This document shows, piece after piece, positions 36,646-46,684 of a stretch of 64,000 nt of DNA. Location: positions 1 through 64,000 of IMG/VR virus record IMGVR_UViG_3300017971_000265; one strand, given 5' to 3'. A program made the translations under genes and the position numbers. The stretch is from a virus. Below the pieces are notes generated by a model. The model was given only the letters and a program-made list of their open reading frames with translations. It was not told the DNA's origin and did no database searches. Position 1 is the stretch's first letter; each line of letters opens with the position of its first letter.

Positions 36646-37776
36646 ATGAGAGCGATACAGGAATGGCAACTTTGGATGCACCCATATCCTACTCTGATTA
36701 AAAACAAGAGTAGACGTCTGGACCCATCAAAATTCCCCTTTGGGAGGATTTTTCGGGATGGGAAGGAGCTGGTGAGGCTATCTGACTTGTTTGAGGCTCG
36801 GAAGCAGACTCCTCCCCAGTTGAAACGATGTGTTCGGGCCATTGTAGACAAAGAGATGGAGGGCGAGGATCGGACCCCAGAGGCGATGCGTGCGGCCATT
36901 TCGAAGGGTTTTGCTATTTGTACCTCACAGCTCCAGAAGAGTGGCTATTTGAAGGTAGGTAGTCAGAAGCCCACCAAGGCCGGGAAACAGGCGGGGCGCT
37001 CCAAGGCTGCTCAGAAGGCTCACATGGACAAGGTGGCCGATTATGAGCGGATGCTTGGTGTGGCTCGTGGAGAAGGCTCAGAGGATACTGGGGGCTCTCT
37101 GAGCGAGGCTGAGGGGGGGTTTAGGTTGAATGTGGCCCGTGTCCCGCTCGGCAAGGCCAGATCTTATGCAGAAGGAGTGTTGCGGCAGGCAGGCGAAGAT
37201 ATTGAGAGAGAATTGCCTGATTTTGATAAGAATTATGTTCGTTTGCAGAAGATGACCAGACAGGCATTAGACGTCCCAAGGATCGAGATGCCCGTTATTG
37301 AGCCCAAGGACATGAAGCGATTTGATAAAAAGCTCAAAAAGGGCCACCTCGATATTTTTGCTCCCTATGCGGAGGGTCATTTAGAAGCTCCGAAGCATTT
37401 GACCAAACAGACAGGCTCAGAATGGATCAAGCTAGGTGTGAGGGATGGCAAGAAAAAGGACGATGTAGTGGTTGGTCGCTGGACCTCGGTCCCCGCTAAA
37501 AAGCTGATTCCGACTCAATCGCAGATCTGGCTAGAGAAACTGGTGAGAAACATCGCAAAGTTTGGCAGGCCGAGGGCGGGTTCTCCAGTTCTCAATACGA
37601 CAATTATCGTTTCTAGGGAGGGTTATATCTTGGATGGCCATCACCGATATGGGCAGGTGATGTTGGCGAATCCAGACTTGAAATTGAAAGCGCTCTATAT
37701 TCCATTGCCCATTGAATTGTTACTCAAGATTGGACGCACCTATGGCAACGCCATTGGTAATGTTCAGAAGGGGTAA
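36646..37776 (+). CDS. Two-module protein with C-terminal ParB/Srx-like domain (likely true start GTG 36772)
   Basis: LIPTQSQI...IIVSREGYILDGHHRY; AAGGAG before GTG gives MRLSDLFEA. Confidence 0.7.
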   Translation: MRAIQEWQLWMHPYPTLIKNKSRRLDPSKFPFGRIFRDGKELVRLSDLFEARKQTPPQLKRCVRAIVDKEMEGEDRTPEAMRAAISKGFAICTSQLQKSGYLKVGSQKPTKAGKQAGRSKAAQKAHMDKVADYERMLGVARGEGSEDTGGSLSEAEGGFRLNVARVPLGKARSYAEGVLRQAGEDIERELPDFDKNYVRLQKMTRQALDVPRIEMPVIEPKDMKRFDKKLKKGHLDIFAPYAEGHLEAPKHLTKQTGSEWIKLGVRDGKKKDDVVVGRWTSVPAKKLIPTQSQIWLEKLVRNIAKFGRPRAGSPVLNTTIIVSREGYILDGHHRYGQVMLANPDLKLKALYIPLPIELLLKIGRTYGNAIGNVQKG

Positions 37777-37780
37777 GGAA

Positions 37781-38455
37781 ATGTCTCTTTTCTATATGAA
37801 CCAATTACTTTCTGAGGCAGTTGATACGGTTTCTAGGGACGTCTTAACAGAGGTGGCTATTGGCCAGACAACGGAAACGGCAAATCTACGAATCCACCGT
37901 TACTCTAGTGCGATCCGTGTTACCGATCTCACAAATGCGGGAAAACGAGGAAAAAAGGTGGATGAATTCGCTCTTTACGATATTGACTCTTTGCGAGATC
38001 CCAGGATGAAAGATTTGGTAGAGATGTTTGCTGCCATGCTTAGCCGTGGGCGGATCAAAACTTATAAACAAGCTTTGACGGCGGCTAGGGGATTAGTTGA
38101 TGAGTCGGAACGAATTGCGAAAGCTTCTGATCAGTTTCTTTCCGTGCCCAAGATAGAGACGGGTCAATACAAGGGCGTTCGAGTAGCACCGGCCGGTTTT
38201 AAACCTATTGATTTTAAAAATCCGAATATTGCGCTGTATGCGGACAATGAGAGGTTCCGAATCACAGATATGAGGGATAAGTACAATGAACCTACCCTAA
38301 TAGCTCCGCTTCGTGGCAAGGTTGCATCGGTTAAAAAATTCTATGAGTGGGCTCGCAACAACATGGGAAAGTTGAACCGCATGACTTTTAGAGACGTCAT
38401 GAAGGAGATGAAACGTGCCGGAATCGATTATCACTACTATTGCGCGGTAGACTGA
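37781..38455 (+). CDS. Putative internal head protein, class-B leader
   Basis: MSLFYMNQLLSEA...VLTEV. Confidence 0.65.
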   Translation: MSLFYMNQLLSEAVDTVSRDVLTEVAIGQTTETANLRIHRYSSAIRVTDLTNAGKRGKKVDEFALYDIDSLRDPRMKDLVEMFAAMLSRGRIKTYKQALTAARGLVDESERIAKASDQFLSVPKIETGQYKGVRVAPAGFKPIDFKNPNIALYADNERFRITDMRDKYNEPTLIAPLRGKVASVKKFYEWARNNMGKLNRMTFRDVMKEMKRAGIDYHYYCAVD

Positions 38456-38462
38456 GGGAAAA

Positions 38463-39413
38463 ATGCTTGGAAAATCCATAGAATTTTTGGAAGATATCAT
38501 CTCGATATTGGGGGAACAACCCGTGGGAGATGAAAACGATGTGGATGCATTTGGCATGGATGCACATACTAGGAGAAGGTTACGGGTTGATCGTTTATTG
38601 CAACCTAGAGGGAAGAAAAAGCCGCGTAAGCCGATGCGTACCAAAATGCCGCATTCGTTGGCCAGAATTCCCCGGCTGGGGAATGAGGAGATTGTGAATT
38701 CATCACTGAGGAGACGAGGTTATCTAGCAGAGAGCGTCCGGGTTCTTAAGAAAGCTCCTCCCAAGACCGCTGTGGCAGATGTGTACGGGTTAAGATTCTC
38801 GTCGTGGGACGGGAAGCTGGCATTGGTGACGACATCTGCATTAAGTGCTTTCAGCTCAGGCGAGCATATCAGTCAATGGTTTAATCCAGAGACATTAGCG
38901 CAGCGATATGTTGTACGGTTTGCTGTAGACAGCCGAGGGAAACCTATACCGGTGACGAATAGTAGTTGGATTGGGGCGCAGCCTTACCTTGCTGATGCGC
39001 ATCTTCCTTACGAGAAGAACACATTTAAGCTTGGTAGCCGTGGATATGGCATGAGGGCCGAAGTTGAAGGATCTTTTTCAAAACCTCAAGAGTTTTGGGT
39101 AAAGAAATCGTTCAAGAATCTGGATGGTGCACAGACCAACGTAGTGGAACACTATTTCCGCAAGCGCGGTTTTATTGACGTCTCTGATTTCAAACTCACG
39201 GTGCGGGATTGGCGCATTATGCTTGGCATGGGTTTTGACGAGATTCAGGAGAAACTGCATTACGAGAAGGCGAAGGAGGCTGATTATTTGGTTACGAGGA
39301 TACTCGGACATTCTACTATCGATGATAGTTTGATGAACAGAGTTTGGAAGGGCATCAAGGGCGTATACGCCTTGACACGGCAGGGTAAGATAAAATTCGC
39401 TGTAGAAAGGTGA
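38463..39413 (+). CDS. Putative internal head protein with internal class-A motif
   Basis: SSLRRRGYLAES near residue 80-92. Confidence 0.65.
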   Translation: MLGKSIEFLEDIISILGEQPVGDENDVDAFGMDAHTRRRLRVDRLLQPRGKKKPRKPMRTKMPHSLARIPRLGNEEIVNSSLRRRGYLAESVRVLKKAPPKTAVADVYGLRFSSWDGKLALVTTSALSAFSSGEHISQWFNPETLAQRYVVRFAVDSRGKPIPVTNSSWIGAQPYLADAHLPYEKNTFKLGSRGYGMRAEVEGSFSKPQEFWVKKSFKNLDGAQTNVVEHYFRKRGFIDVSDFKLTVRDWRIMLGMGFDEIQEKLHYEKAKEADYLVTRILGHSTIDDSLMNRVWKGIKGVYALTRQGKIKFAVER

Positions 39414-39760
39414 ATCAAAAGATGGCGCACAAAAAGCTGAGACATAGGCAATATCTGGGAGAGGGCACGACACCGTGGATATGGGCTTTTTCAAAACGTC
39501 CAGATGTTGAGTTTGCAATACAGATAGTTTCGGCTGATTCATTTCAGGTGCAAATAGGTATGGGGGGTGAGTGGTGGAACGGACGTCTAAGGCTTGGACG
39601 GAACATTCTCTATCATCGCAAGGGGAAAGTTGATCCTGCCTACCGACCCGTAACAGCAGAGGTAAGTCATAGGAAAGACGGTATATATTTCTCAATTTCC
39701 GGTGGCTTCTATGGGGATCAGACTGCGAAGTTTACGATGAGGCTAGTTGCGAATACGTGA
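39410..39760 (+). CDS. Putative internal head protein, class-A leader
   Basis: KKLRHRQYLGEG. Confidence 0.65.
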   Translation: MNQKMAHKKLRHRQYLGEGTTPWIWAFSKRPDVEFAIQIVSADSFQVQIGMGGEWWNGRLRLGRNILYHRKGKVDPAYRPVTAEVSHRKDGIYFSISGGFYGDQTAKFTMRLVANT

Positions 39761-40173
39761 TGGTTTCTTCTCTTACCAGTACTGTTGATCTTCTCCAAGA
39801 TGCACGCAAGTTCATGACGCCTGGACGCGAGGGGCGTGGCAAGCATGATCCGGTTGGATATGTACTTGGTAAATTTTTTAACTCTACGCCAGAGTTCGAT
39901 AAGTCGTTAGTTGAGAGACAGCGACGGAAGAATGGTTGGACGCTGCGAGGAGCATGGCCAAGTACTGGTCGGAAAATATTCGATTGGGAATTTGATGTTT
40001 GGGGCGAGCGCGGGGGTGAAGTAGTTGTGAAATTTGCGATGTGGAGTAATGAAGGATTGATTGATGGTCTGAGTTTTAGAACCAACGTAGGGACTGTGGA
40101 TAGGCTTATTCCTAAGTTTTTGAGAAAATACTTCTATCCCATGAAGGCTATGGCAAAGGAGAGAGCGGCATGA
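39757..40173 (+). CDS. Hypothetical protein
   Basis: Overlapping operon ORF. Confidence 0.6.
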   Translation: MMVSSLTSTVDLLQDARKFMTPGREGRGKHDPVGYVLGKFFNSTPEFDKSLVERQRRKNGWTLRGAWPSTGRKIFDWEFDVWGERGGEVVVKFAMWSNEGLIDGLSFRTNVGTVDRLIPKFLRKYFYPMKAMAKERAA

Positions 40174-40565
40174 ATCTTAGATGTCGCGGATATTTAGTGG
40201 AAAAGACGCTAAATGTTAAGCAGGCAATTCCCGATCAAGATTTAAGCGATAGGGAATTGGTACAAAGGATAAAAAGCTATAGGGTCGATAAGACTCGGGG
40301 GTGGGGTTTGTTTGTCAAGGCAAGAAATCTTCGACCGGGAATAGATGCGAAAGAATTTTATAAGATTTTTGATTCTGTAAATCCTGATCCTCATCACACG
40401 ATAGTTTCGGTTAAGTTTGAGCCGACACATATATCGAAAGATACTCCAGGATTATCCATAATGGTTACCTCAAGAACGCCGCATTTGGTACGTCATATAA
40501 TGAGCTATGGTGGAACTGGTGGCACGCCTGTACGTGAGTTTGATCGGCAATGGAGAGCAATATGA
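40170..40565 (+). CDS. Putative internal head protein, class-A leader
   Basis: MNLRCRGYLVEK. Confidence 0.7.
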   Translation: MNLRCRGYLVEKTLNVKQAIPDQDLSDRELVQRIKSYRVDKTRGWGLFVKARNLRPGIDAKEFYKIFDSVNPDPHHTIVSVKFEPTHISKDTPGLSIMVTSRTPHLVRHIMSYGGTGGTPVREFDRQWRAI

Positions 40566-40795
40566 ATCTTAGACGTCGTGGATATTTACAGGAGTCGGTT
40601 GGGATTGTGAAAAAATCTCAGATTGATAGGAACAAATCTTATACTGTTTGGGAGAAGCATCCCTATATGGATACGTGGATGATCGATAGATCTTACTATG
40701 GGATTTATTTCTATGGAGAAGGCGAGGCTTATTTGAAATCAAAGAAACATATTGTGGTTCCCAGGGGAGTGGACCCAAATAGGGAGGACAAGTGA
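40562..40795 (+). CDS. Putative internal head protein, class-A leader
   Basis: MNLRRRGYLQES. Confidence 0.7.
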   Translation: MNLRRRGYLQESVGIVKKSQIDRNKSYTVWEKHPYMDTWMIDRSYYGIYFYGEGEAYLKSKKHIVVPRGVDPNREDK

Positions 40796-40796
40796 T

Positions 40797-41285
40797 ATGA
40801 GTCTTCGAGATGTAAATGAATTGCTTCGTGGCAGTGTTGCGCAGATCAGGGACATAGAAGAGGCAGCGCCAGCGCCCGGTGTGGTAGACTTGGAGAATCC
40901 GGTCTATCATATACGTCAGAAGGTGGCTAAGATCAGTGTCCCGGTCTCACCAACAACTAGTATTGCTGCTGGACAGACAGGGGCGAAGTTGTTGAAACAG
41001 AGACTGACAGGTTGGACAAAGGCTGATCATAAAAAGGCTGTGGTTAAGTTGGAAAAAATGGCAAAGAGGGCCAAGGCTGACTATGCGCGTGCGCTCGATA
41101 GGGCGGCGCAGGAAACGTGGGGGCGAAAATGGAAGCCGACTGATTACAAGATCTCTTGCGTTGGTTCGGATGAATTTTCCGAGTCGATCAAGAAAAAACT
41201 CCGAGTGTTGTGTCGTAAGATGACAATTATTGGAGATGCGCTTGCGTCTCATAGGTATTTGGCAAAATATCTAAGGACAAAATGA
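40797..41285 (+). CDS. Putative internal head protein, class-B leader
   Basis: MSLRDVNELLRGSVAQIRDIEEA; GGAGG RBS. Confidence 0.7.
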   Translation: MSLRDVNELLRGSVAQIRDIEEAAPAPGVVDLENPVYHIRQKVAKISVPVSPTTSIAAGQTGAKLLKQRLTGWTKADHKKAVVKLEKMAKRAKADYARALDRAAQETWGRKWKPTDYKISCVGSDEFSESIKKKLRVLCRKMTIIGDALASHRYLAKYLRTK

Positions 41286-41767
41286 AGTTTACTCTTACAG
41301 AGAATCTGATCTTGCTTGAATTCCTCCTGGGGGAACTCTCAGGATCGGAGTATCTGGTTGAGAAAAAGATCTCTAAACTGACTCCTTACCAGAAGGCGCA
41401 AAGGGCAAGACGTCAAACAGTGGCGGCACATACTCCTCGTCCGGCGAAACAGAGTGTGTTTTACAAACATGCTGTGCGGGCAATATTTCAGAAGCTTAGA
41501 AAAGGCGGGGATGGTTTCAAGGGGTCAGCTAGGGGAGGGCAGCTTATTGCTCAACATATGTTGAAAAAGCATGGATATGCAGCGGGGAGTCCTTCTGGCA
41601 ACTTCAGTCTAACCAGCAAGGGTAGGAAGAGGAATTTGAAACATGTACGTGAGCCTGCTGGGGTACGGGCGAGAAAAGAGCGTGCCTACAACTACATTAT
41701 GGGTATTCAGAAACGTGCCGCTCAGAGGCAGCAGCAGGTGAAGGCCAAGGCGGCTGGAGCTGGATAG
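41282..41767 (+). CDS. Highly basic putative head protein
   Basis: Acidic/hydrophobic leader ending YLVE, then K/R-rich body. Confidence 0.65.
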   Translation: MKFTLTENLILLEFLLGELSGSEYLVEKKISKLTPYQKAQRARRQTVAAHTPRPAKQSVFYKHAVRAIFQKLRKGGDGFKGSARGGQLIAQHMLKKHGYAAGSPSGNFSLTSKGRKRNLKHVREPAGVRARKERAYNYIMGIQKRAAQRQQQVKAKAAGAG

Positions 41768-41775
41768 GAGACGTC

Positions 41776-42048
41776 ATGAATAGTTTGAGAAATCGCGGGT
41801 ATTTGGAAGAGGGGCAGTATCAAGTGTCTATTGGTCCTGACGATGACCTGGAAGATAAGACTGGTGAGCTGATGAAAATGATCAGAGCAGCTATTCACGG
41901 TGGTATCAGGAGGGTATTGGCTCAGAATGGTATGTCTCCTTCTGTGATCGGGAAGGTGGATAGATACCTTGATGCCAAAGAAGGTAAATTCATGGATGAT
42001 TTGACTGATATTATGTTGAAAATGCGAGTTCCACATAGGCTTGGGTAA
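41776..42048 (+). CDS. Putative internal head protein, class-A leader
   Basis: MNSLRNRGYLEEG; AGGAG RBS. Confidence 0.7.
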   Translation: MNSLRNRGYLEEGQYQVSIGPDDDLEDKTGELMKMIRAAIHGGIRRVLAQNGMSPSVIGKVDRYLDAKEGKFMDDLTDIMLKMRVPHRLG

Positions 42049-42095
42049 ATAATGGGTACACTGATAACTGATTGCAACCAAATAGGAGACGTCAA

Positions 42096-42371
42096 ATGTC
42101 GCTAAGAAATAGGTCTTATAGATATATCGATGAAGCCAAGATGCGGAAGTATGTTGGTGTTAGGGCCAAGGGTGTTGCATCTCTGCTTTTTTCTACTGCA
42201 AACGATGCCAAGGATGCTGCAGCTAAAATCAATCGTTTCAAAAGGAGTTATGATGCATCTTATAGGAAGTCTGGTGACGTATGGAGAGTAGAGGTTGAGG
42301 GCATATCTATTGCCGAGCTTGTTTCATTGATTGACAAGCTGGATCTCAAACCGTTGACGCAATATCACTAG
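42096..42371 (+). CDS. Putative internal head protein, class-A leader
   Basis: MSLRNRSYRYIDEA; AGGAG RBS. Confidence 0.7.
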   Translation: MSLRNRSYRYIDEAKMRKYVGVRAKGVASLLFSTANDAKDAAAKINRFKRSYDASYRKSGDVWRVEVEGISIAELVSLIDKLDLKPLTQYH

Positions 42372-42380
42372 GAAAGCAAC

Positions 42381-42860
42381 GTGGGCACACTAATAAATGA
42401 TTGCGACCAATGTTTTTTCGACAGCGTGGCACAAGAGGTGATCAAGCTGGCAGGAACTACTGCGATCATCTATCAGTTTGAAGAAGTCGAGAGTTCACGA
42501 GATGCGCTTTGGGATGAGGAGATTGAGACTGTTTACAAAAAGAATAGTGAGGGGAATCCAGGAATTGAATGTCCCGTCTTTTTTAAGGCTCCAGACAAGT
42601 CTGGTCTTACCGGAGAAGAGGGGTATAGGCTTGATAGGACGTCAGAGCTTCATGTGGCATGGCGAGACTTAGAAAGCAGAGGGCTGAGACGTTTGCGTCC
42701 TGGTGATATTGTGAAAGTTTGGGATATGTATTTTGATGTTATAGAGTCACACGCTACCGAGGGGTACATTAACGATACTCCGACAAAATCGACCATTGTT
42801 TTTGATGTGACGAGACGAACAAAGGGGCCACCTGAGAGTTTGTGGGAGCCTGGCGAATGA
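42381..42860 (+). CDS. Head-closure/neck protein (T4 gp14-like)
   Basis: QEVIKLAG..., D.LW.E and RPGDIVKVWD.YFDVI pattern; synteny. Confidence 0.55.
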   Translation: MGTLINDCDQCFFDSVAQEVIKLAGTTAIIYQFEEVESSRDALWDEEIETVYKKNSEGNPGIECPVFFKAPDKSGLTGEEGYRLDRTSELHVAWRDLESRGLRRLRPGDIVKVWDMYFDVIESHATEGYINDTPTKSTIVFDVTRRTKGPPESLWEPGE

Positions 42861-43306
42861 GTGAGGTAAGGCAAATCTTAGAGGATGTGTTTACGGAGAG
42901 GAAGAAGGCTACTATCCGTGGACGTGCCAAAGGATTGAGAAGGCCGAAGAGAGCTGAGAAACAGCATTATTTGGGGCGTGCCACAGGAATGAGAGGGCGT
43001 GATCTAAGCGGAGAGCCCGAGGCTCCGAAAGTGCCTGGAGCTAAGGAAGAGCCGTGGAAGAAAGAGAGAATTACTGAGTTTGAGAGTCCTGACGACTGGA
43101 TGTTGTCGATGATTTTGGTTGCAATAATGCATGCGAATCCTGGCATTAAACCGGAAGATGCGATTAAAATAGGGAAAGAATGGGTAAAAAAATTATATCT
43201 GCCAAGGACTGACTATCTTTGGAGAATGCAAATGGTCAGACTGAACAGAACAGGTATCAGAGCTGAGGCATCAAAGATTCGGCGTGAATTGTTCAAGGTG
43301 ATCTAG
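42857..43306 (+). CDS. Hypothetical basic protein with acidic leader
   Basis: MSEVRQILEDVFTE then basic body. Confidence 0.6.
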   Translation: MSEVRQILEDVFTERKKATIRGRAKGLRRPKRAEKQHYLGRATGMRGRDLSGEPEAPKVPGAKEEPWKKERITEFESPDDWMLSMILVAIMHANPGIKPEDAIKIGKEWVKKLYLPRTDYLWRMQMVRLNRTGIRAEASKIRRELFKVI

Positions 43307-43315
43307 GAGGTTGAG

Positions 43316-43597
43316 ATGGACATAATAGAAGCAAATGCTTTGCTAGATAAAGCAGTGGAAAGGCTCGCAGAGAAGATTTGGTCAGGAGAGGTTAAGACCA
43401 AGTGGCATCCTCCCGAGGGTTTTTTCGAGCAGAGTGCGAGCAAGATTGCTAGTGGTCTAAAATCAGCCTCGAAAGATCTGAAGCAAGCCATGGCCCGGTT
43501 GAATTTCTATATAAACAGAGCTGGGGAAAATCTCTCAGATGCAGATGTTAGACGTCTGGAGATGGCCAAGAAAAAACTCCAAAAGGCTTATGTATAG
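43316..43597 (+). CDS. DUF3175-like protein with class-B leader
   Basis: AMARLNFYINRAGENL...LE.AK motif; MDIIEANALLDKAVERLAE leader. Confidence 0.7.
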   Translation: MDIIEANALLDKAVERLAEKIWSGEVKTKWHPPEGFFEQSASKIASGLKSASKDLKQAMARLNFYINRAGENLSDADVRRLEMAKKKLQKAYV

Positions 43598-43605
43598 GAG
43601 GAGTC

Positions 43606-44217
43606 ATGAATCTACACAAAGTAAACGAATTGTTGGCTGAGACGATTTATGAGATCGGGGCTGGTGGTTTGAGGCCGATCAAAACGAGTGGTATTTTGAT
43701 TCAACCAAATGTGACTTACCACATGGGTGCATCTAGTTCTCCCCATAAAATCTTTGTGACCAAGGTTGATGATAGGATGATTTATTATCGATCTTATCCG
43801 TTTTATCGAGGACGAGAGGCCCGAATTGATCGAGGGATAGGAACGGATCTGATTCTTCAAGGCGTCAATACCTTCATGAAAAGTGGGTATGGTAAGTACC
43901 CTTGGGGAAAAGCGACGATCAGAAAATACAAATCGTTACTTGCTGGCAAAAAGGTTAAGCCTGAAGATCTCAAGGATTACCAGAGAATAAAAGTCACGGT
44001 GGGGCCGGGCAAGGGGTATGAGGGCAAAGATTTGTGGCGTGAGGCTGAGTCGCATGGCTATGGTGTTGGGGGTAGGCGAGTCGAGGGAATGACGGATGGA
44101 TTTCCGTGGATGAAAAATGATAATTCTAGTGTGTACGAGATTGAGATGGATAAGAAGAGTTTGCCGGGTCTAAAGAAAGATAAGCGTTTCAAAATTCTGA
44201 GCATAAAAGAAATGTAG
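43606..44217 (+). CDS. Putative internal head protein, class-B leader
   Basis: MNLHKVNELLAETIYE. Confidence 0.7.
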   Translation: MNLHKVNELLAETIYEIGAGGLRPIKTSGILIQPNVTYHMGASSSPHKIFVTKVDDRMIYYRSYPFYRGREARIDRGIGTDLILQGVNTFMKSGYGKYPWGKATIRKYKSLLAGKKVKPEDLKDYQRIKVTVGPGKGYEGKDLWREAESHGYGVGGRRVEGMTDGFPWMKNDNSSVYEIEMDKKSLPGLKKDKRFKILSIKEM

Positions 44218-44229
44218 GGAGGTGACGTC

Positions 44230-44583
44230 GTGAAGCTTCGGAAAATAAATGAGTTATTGGGTGATACGGTTGAGAGCTTGACCGAATCGTTTCCTGCTTC
44301 ATCTCCTGGTGAGGTAGCAATTCGCAAACTCATAAGGGCTGTTCAGACAAAGACTCGTCTCCGATTTATGTATCGATCTGGTAAGATTGTTACGCTGAGC
44401 GGTGCAGTTGTGGCAACACTTGCTGCAACAGAGGACGGAAGATTCAATATAGAGGTTATCGAGTACGATACAAATTATCGATATGGATACAAGCCTAGAG
44501 GCAAAAAAACCTACAAGGAATTGTCGAAAGAAGCTGCGGTGAAAGTGCTTGCTAAGGCGTTAGAGGCGCATCCAGGAGTATAG
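44230..44583 (+). CDS. Putative internal head protein, class-B leader
   Basis: MKLRKINELLGDTVESLTES; GGAGG RBS. Confidence 0.7.
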   Translation: MKLRKINELLGDTVESLTESFPASSPGEVAIRKLIRAVQTKTRLRFMYRSGKIVTLSGAVVATLAATEDGRFNIEVIEYDTNYRYGYKPRGKKTYKELSKEAAVKVLAKALEAHPGV

Positions 44584-44594
44584 GAGTTGTCGTC

Positions 44595-45011
44595 ATGAGT
44601 GTTGAGTGGGTCAATGGAATGCTGAATGAGGCGATTGCAGAACTGGCTGAGGCGAGAAACAGGACTCTTAAGAAGGATTTGAAATTCAAGAGTGGCGATA
44701 TTATTCCTAGAGGCACCCCGGTTGAGGTGGAGTTTTTGGGAGAAAGAGATCCCAGGGGATATAGTGTCGCGCTTTTGAAGGCGAATTGGAGAGGGTCAAA
44801 TGGGCGAGATTATCAGAGGGAGCCTGTTCGAATATCGATTGCCAAGCTACACAAATATGTGAGTGGTTTTGGTAAGCCACCAGGAATGGCCAAGCTGGAA
44901 CGCATGGCCTCGGATGGAGTAGCAACGACTCCGACAGGAAAGCGCGTGGAGCCTGATGGATATGGACCAGATGGATCTCCTAGTTGGCTCATGGCGTTGG
45001 GATTTGTCTAA
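44595..45011 (+). CDS. Putative internal head protein, class-B leader
   Basis: MSVEWVNGMLNEAIAELAEA. Confidence 0.7.
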   Translation: MSVEWVNGMLNEAIAELAEARNRTLKKDLKFKSGDIIPRGTPVEVEFLGERDPRGYSVALLKANWRGSNGRDYQREPVRISIAKLHKYVSGFGKPPGMAKLERMASDGVATTPTGKRVEPDGYGPDGSPSWLMALGFV

Positions 45012-45021
45012 GAGGAGGGAG

Positions 45022-45426
45022 ATGTTAGATCCAGCAAGAATAGTAGAGGCGCAGACAAAGGGAGTCGTCTTTGTTTGCCGGATGTGTACCAGGTTTCATG
45101 AGGGGGCAGATCTTGGACTAAAAGATGAGGAGGGGGACGTGATCTGTACTGCCCATAAGACATGTGGAAGTCCCCTGTCTGGTAAGAGCTTTCAGGAATA
45201 TGAGGGTCCGTTAAAAAATTACCTGGTAAATTATTGCTATATTTGTGGCAAATATAGGCCGGAACATGCCTTAGAACCCAAAGTTTCAGGGGCCAAACGG
45301 ATTGGTTGCTGTACCGACTGCTTGAACAATGTGGTAAAGAAGGTCACGCCCCGTCCCGAGGGTCGCAGAGTTGTGTTTACAACGGCAAAAAGGGCAGGGC
45401 CTGATCAGTTTGAGGTATTGCAATGA
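45022..45426 (+). CDS. Cys-rich hypothetical protein
   Basis: Three CxxC motifs; GAGGAGG RBS. Confidence 0.65.
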   Translation: MLDPARIVEAQTKGVVFVCRMCTRFHEGADLGLKDEEGDVICTAHKTCGSPLSGKSFQEYEGPLKNYLVNYCYICGKYRPEHALEPKVSGAKRIGCCTDCLNNVVKKVTPRPEGRRVVFTTAKRAGPDQFEVLQ

Positions 45427-45833
45427 CCACTTATGTTACGAAACAGCTTCGTATCAAGGTTGCGGAACAGCAGAATGGCGAGAATCTTATCTTTCAGCGC
45501 GGAGATCGCGAGACTAAGTTTGAAGCCGTAGCTGCTCTTGACGAGGCAGGATTACAGCGATTCGTAATACCGCTTCCAGCTTCGGATAAGGATCTCATGG
45601 CGGGGCTAGAGATCACCACGGGACGTCTTCTCTATATCGAGACCGATACCGAGCTTTTGATCAAGTTGGCAAATGTGGCGGATACTGGTTTTGTAGTCAA
45701 GCCCATGATTGACGAGAGCGCATCAGAGAAACCGGGCATGTTGTATTTGGAAGGGGAATTTTCTCATGTGTATGTTACTCCAACTGGGACAACGGGAGAT
45801 GCCACTGTAATTTTCGGTGTAGTGGGAGCGTAG
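45423..45833 (+). CDS. Hypothetical (probable virion) protein
   Basis: Overlapping operon ORF, beta-rich. Confidence 0.6.
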   Translation: MTTYVTKQLRIKVAEQQNGENLIFQRGDRETKFEAVAALDEAGLQRFVIPLPASDKDLMAGLEITTGRLLYIETDTELLIKLANVADTGFVVKPMIDESASEKPGMLYLEGEFSHVYVTPTGTTGDATVIFGVVGA

Positions 45834-45859
45834 GGATAAGACATATTGGGATTAAACAA

Positions 45860-46684
45860 ATGTTTAATATAAAACTCAAAGGCCCGTGGAAAGAGCTTGT
45901 GTCGATTCTCAATAGCTATGATAAGCGATTGATATATGTGCGCAGGCGGGCTTGCAAAGACCTTGCAGAGGCGTTTCTGGAGCGGCTGAAAGAGAATGCT
46001 CCAGAGGGGGAAGAGTTTAATGCCTATATCAAATCATTAGAAGTGGTCGAGTTGACCCATACGAGAGGAATTCCGGCGTTTGCGATTATTTCTAGGCGTA
46101 GCAAGGTTAAGCTGGGAACGCTTATGGGGAACGAAGCAACTGCAAAAACGGTGGCATATATTTATCCGAGTCAGGGGGAAGTGACGTCTCCCGTTACCGA
46201 ATTGATCTCCTCGGTAAATCCGTGGCCCCTCGATTTGGTTCCGCATGGTCTTTCTGGAGATGATTTTATGTTGGTGCATAGGATTGTTACAGAGGGGGAG
46301 ATGAAATGGGCTCGTCAACAAGTCTTGGAACTTATCTCAGAGAATCGTGGAGAATTTCGCAGGTACGGCATTCATTGGGGCAAGGCTGTAGAGCAAGATA
46401 GGCATTCCGATGAGTTAGAGTCCTTACCGGATTTTATGTCTCTAGCGATAAGAGCTGAGTTTGGAATCAACGCGGATCACCAGCCTCATTGGCGACCAGC
46501 AATGAAATGGGTCATTGCCAATGCGGTGAAGATTTTAGAAAAAGATAAGCTGATCAAGGGGGCTCTTCATGATTGGTTGTTCAAAGAGCATACCTTGGTA
46601 AAAAAGAGTGGCTTGCCTTCTGTATCAGCCAAGGACTTCTTGAAAGAGGCGGGTGCTTTTCAGAAAAAAGTGTTGAGTATGTAA
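45860..46684 (+). CDS. Hypothetical neck/tail-completion-region protein
   Basis: EFG.....PHWRPA end motif resembles tail-completion proteins; synteny. Confidence 0.5.
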   Translation: MFNIKLKGPWKELVSILNSYDKRLIYVRRRACKDLAEAFLERLKENAPEGEEFNAYIKSLEVVELTHTRGIPAFAIISRRSKVKLGTLMGNEATAKTVAYIYPSQGEVTSPVTELISSVNPWPLDLVPHGLSGDDFMLVHRIVTEGEMKWARQQVLELISENRGEFRRYGIHWGKAVEQDRHSDELESLPDFMSLAIRAEFGINADHQPHWRPAMKWVIANAVKILEKDKLIKGALHDWLFKEHTLVKKSGLPSVSAKDFLKEAGAFQKKVLSM

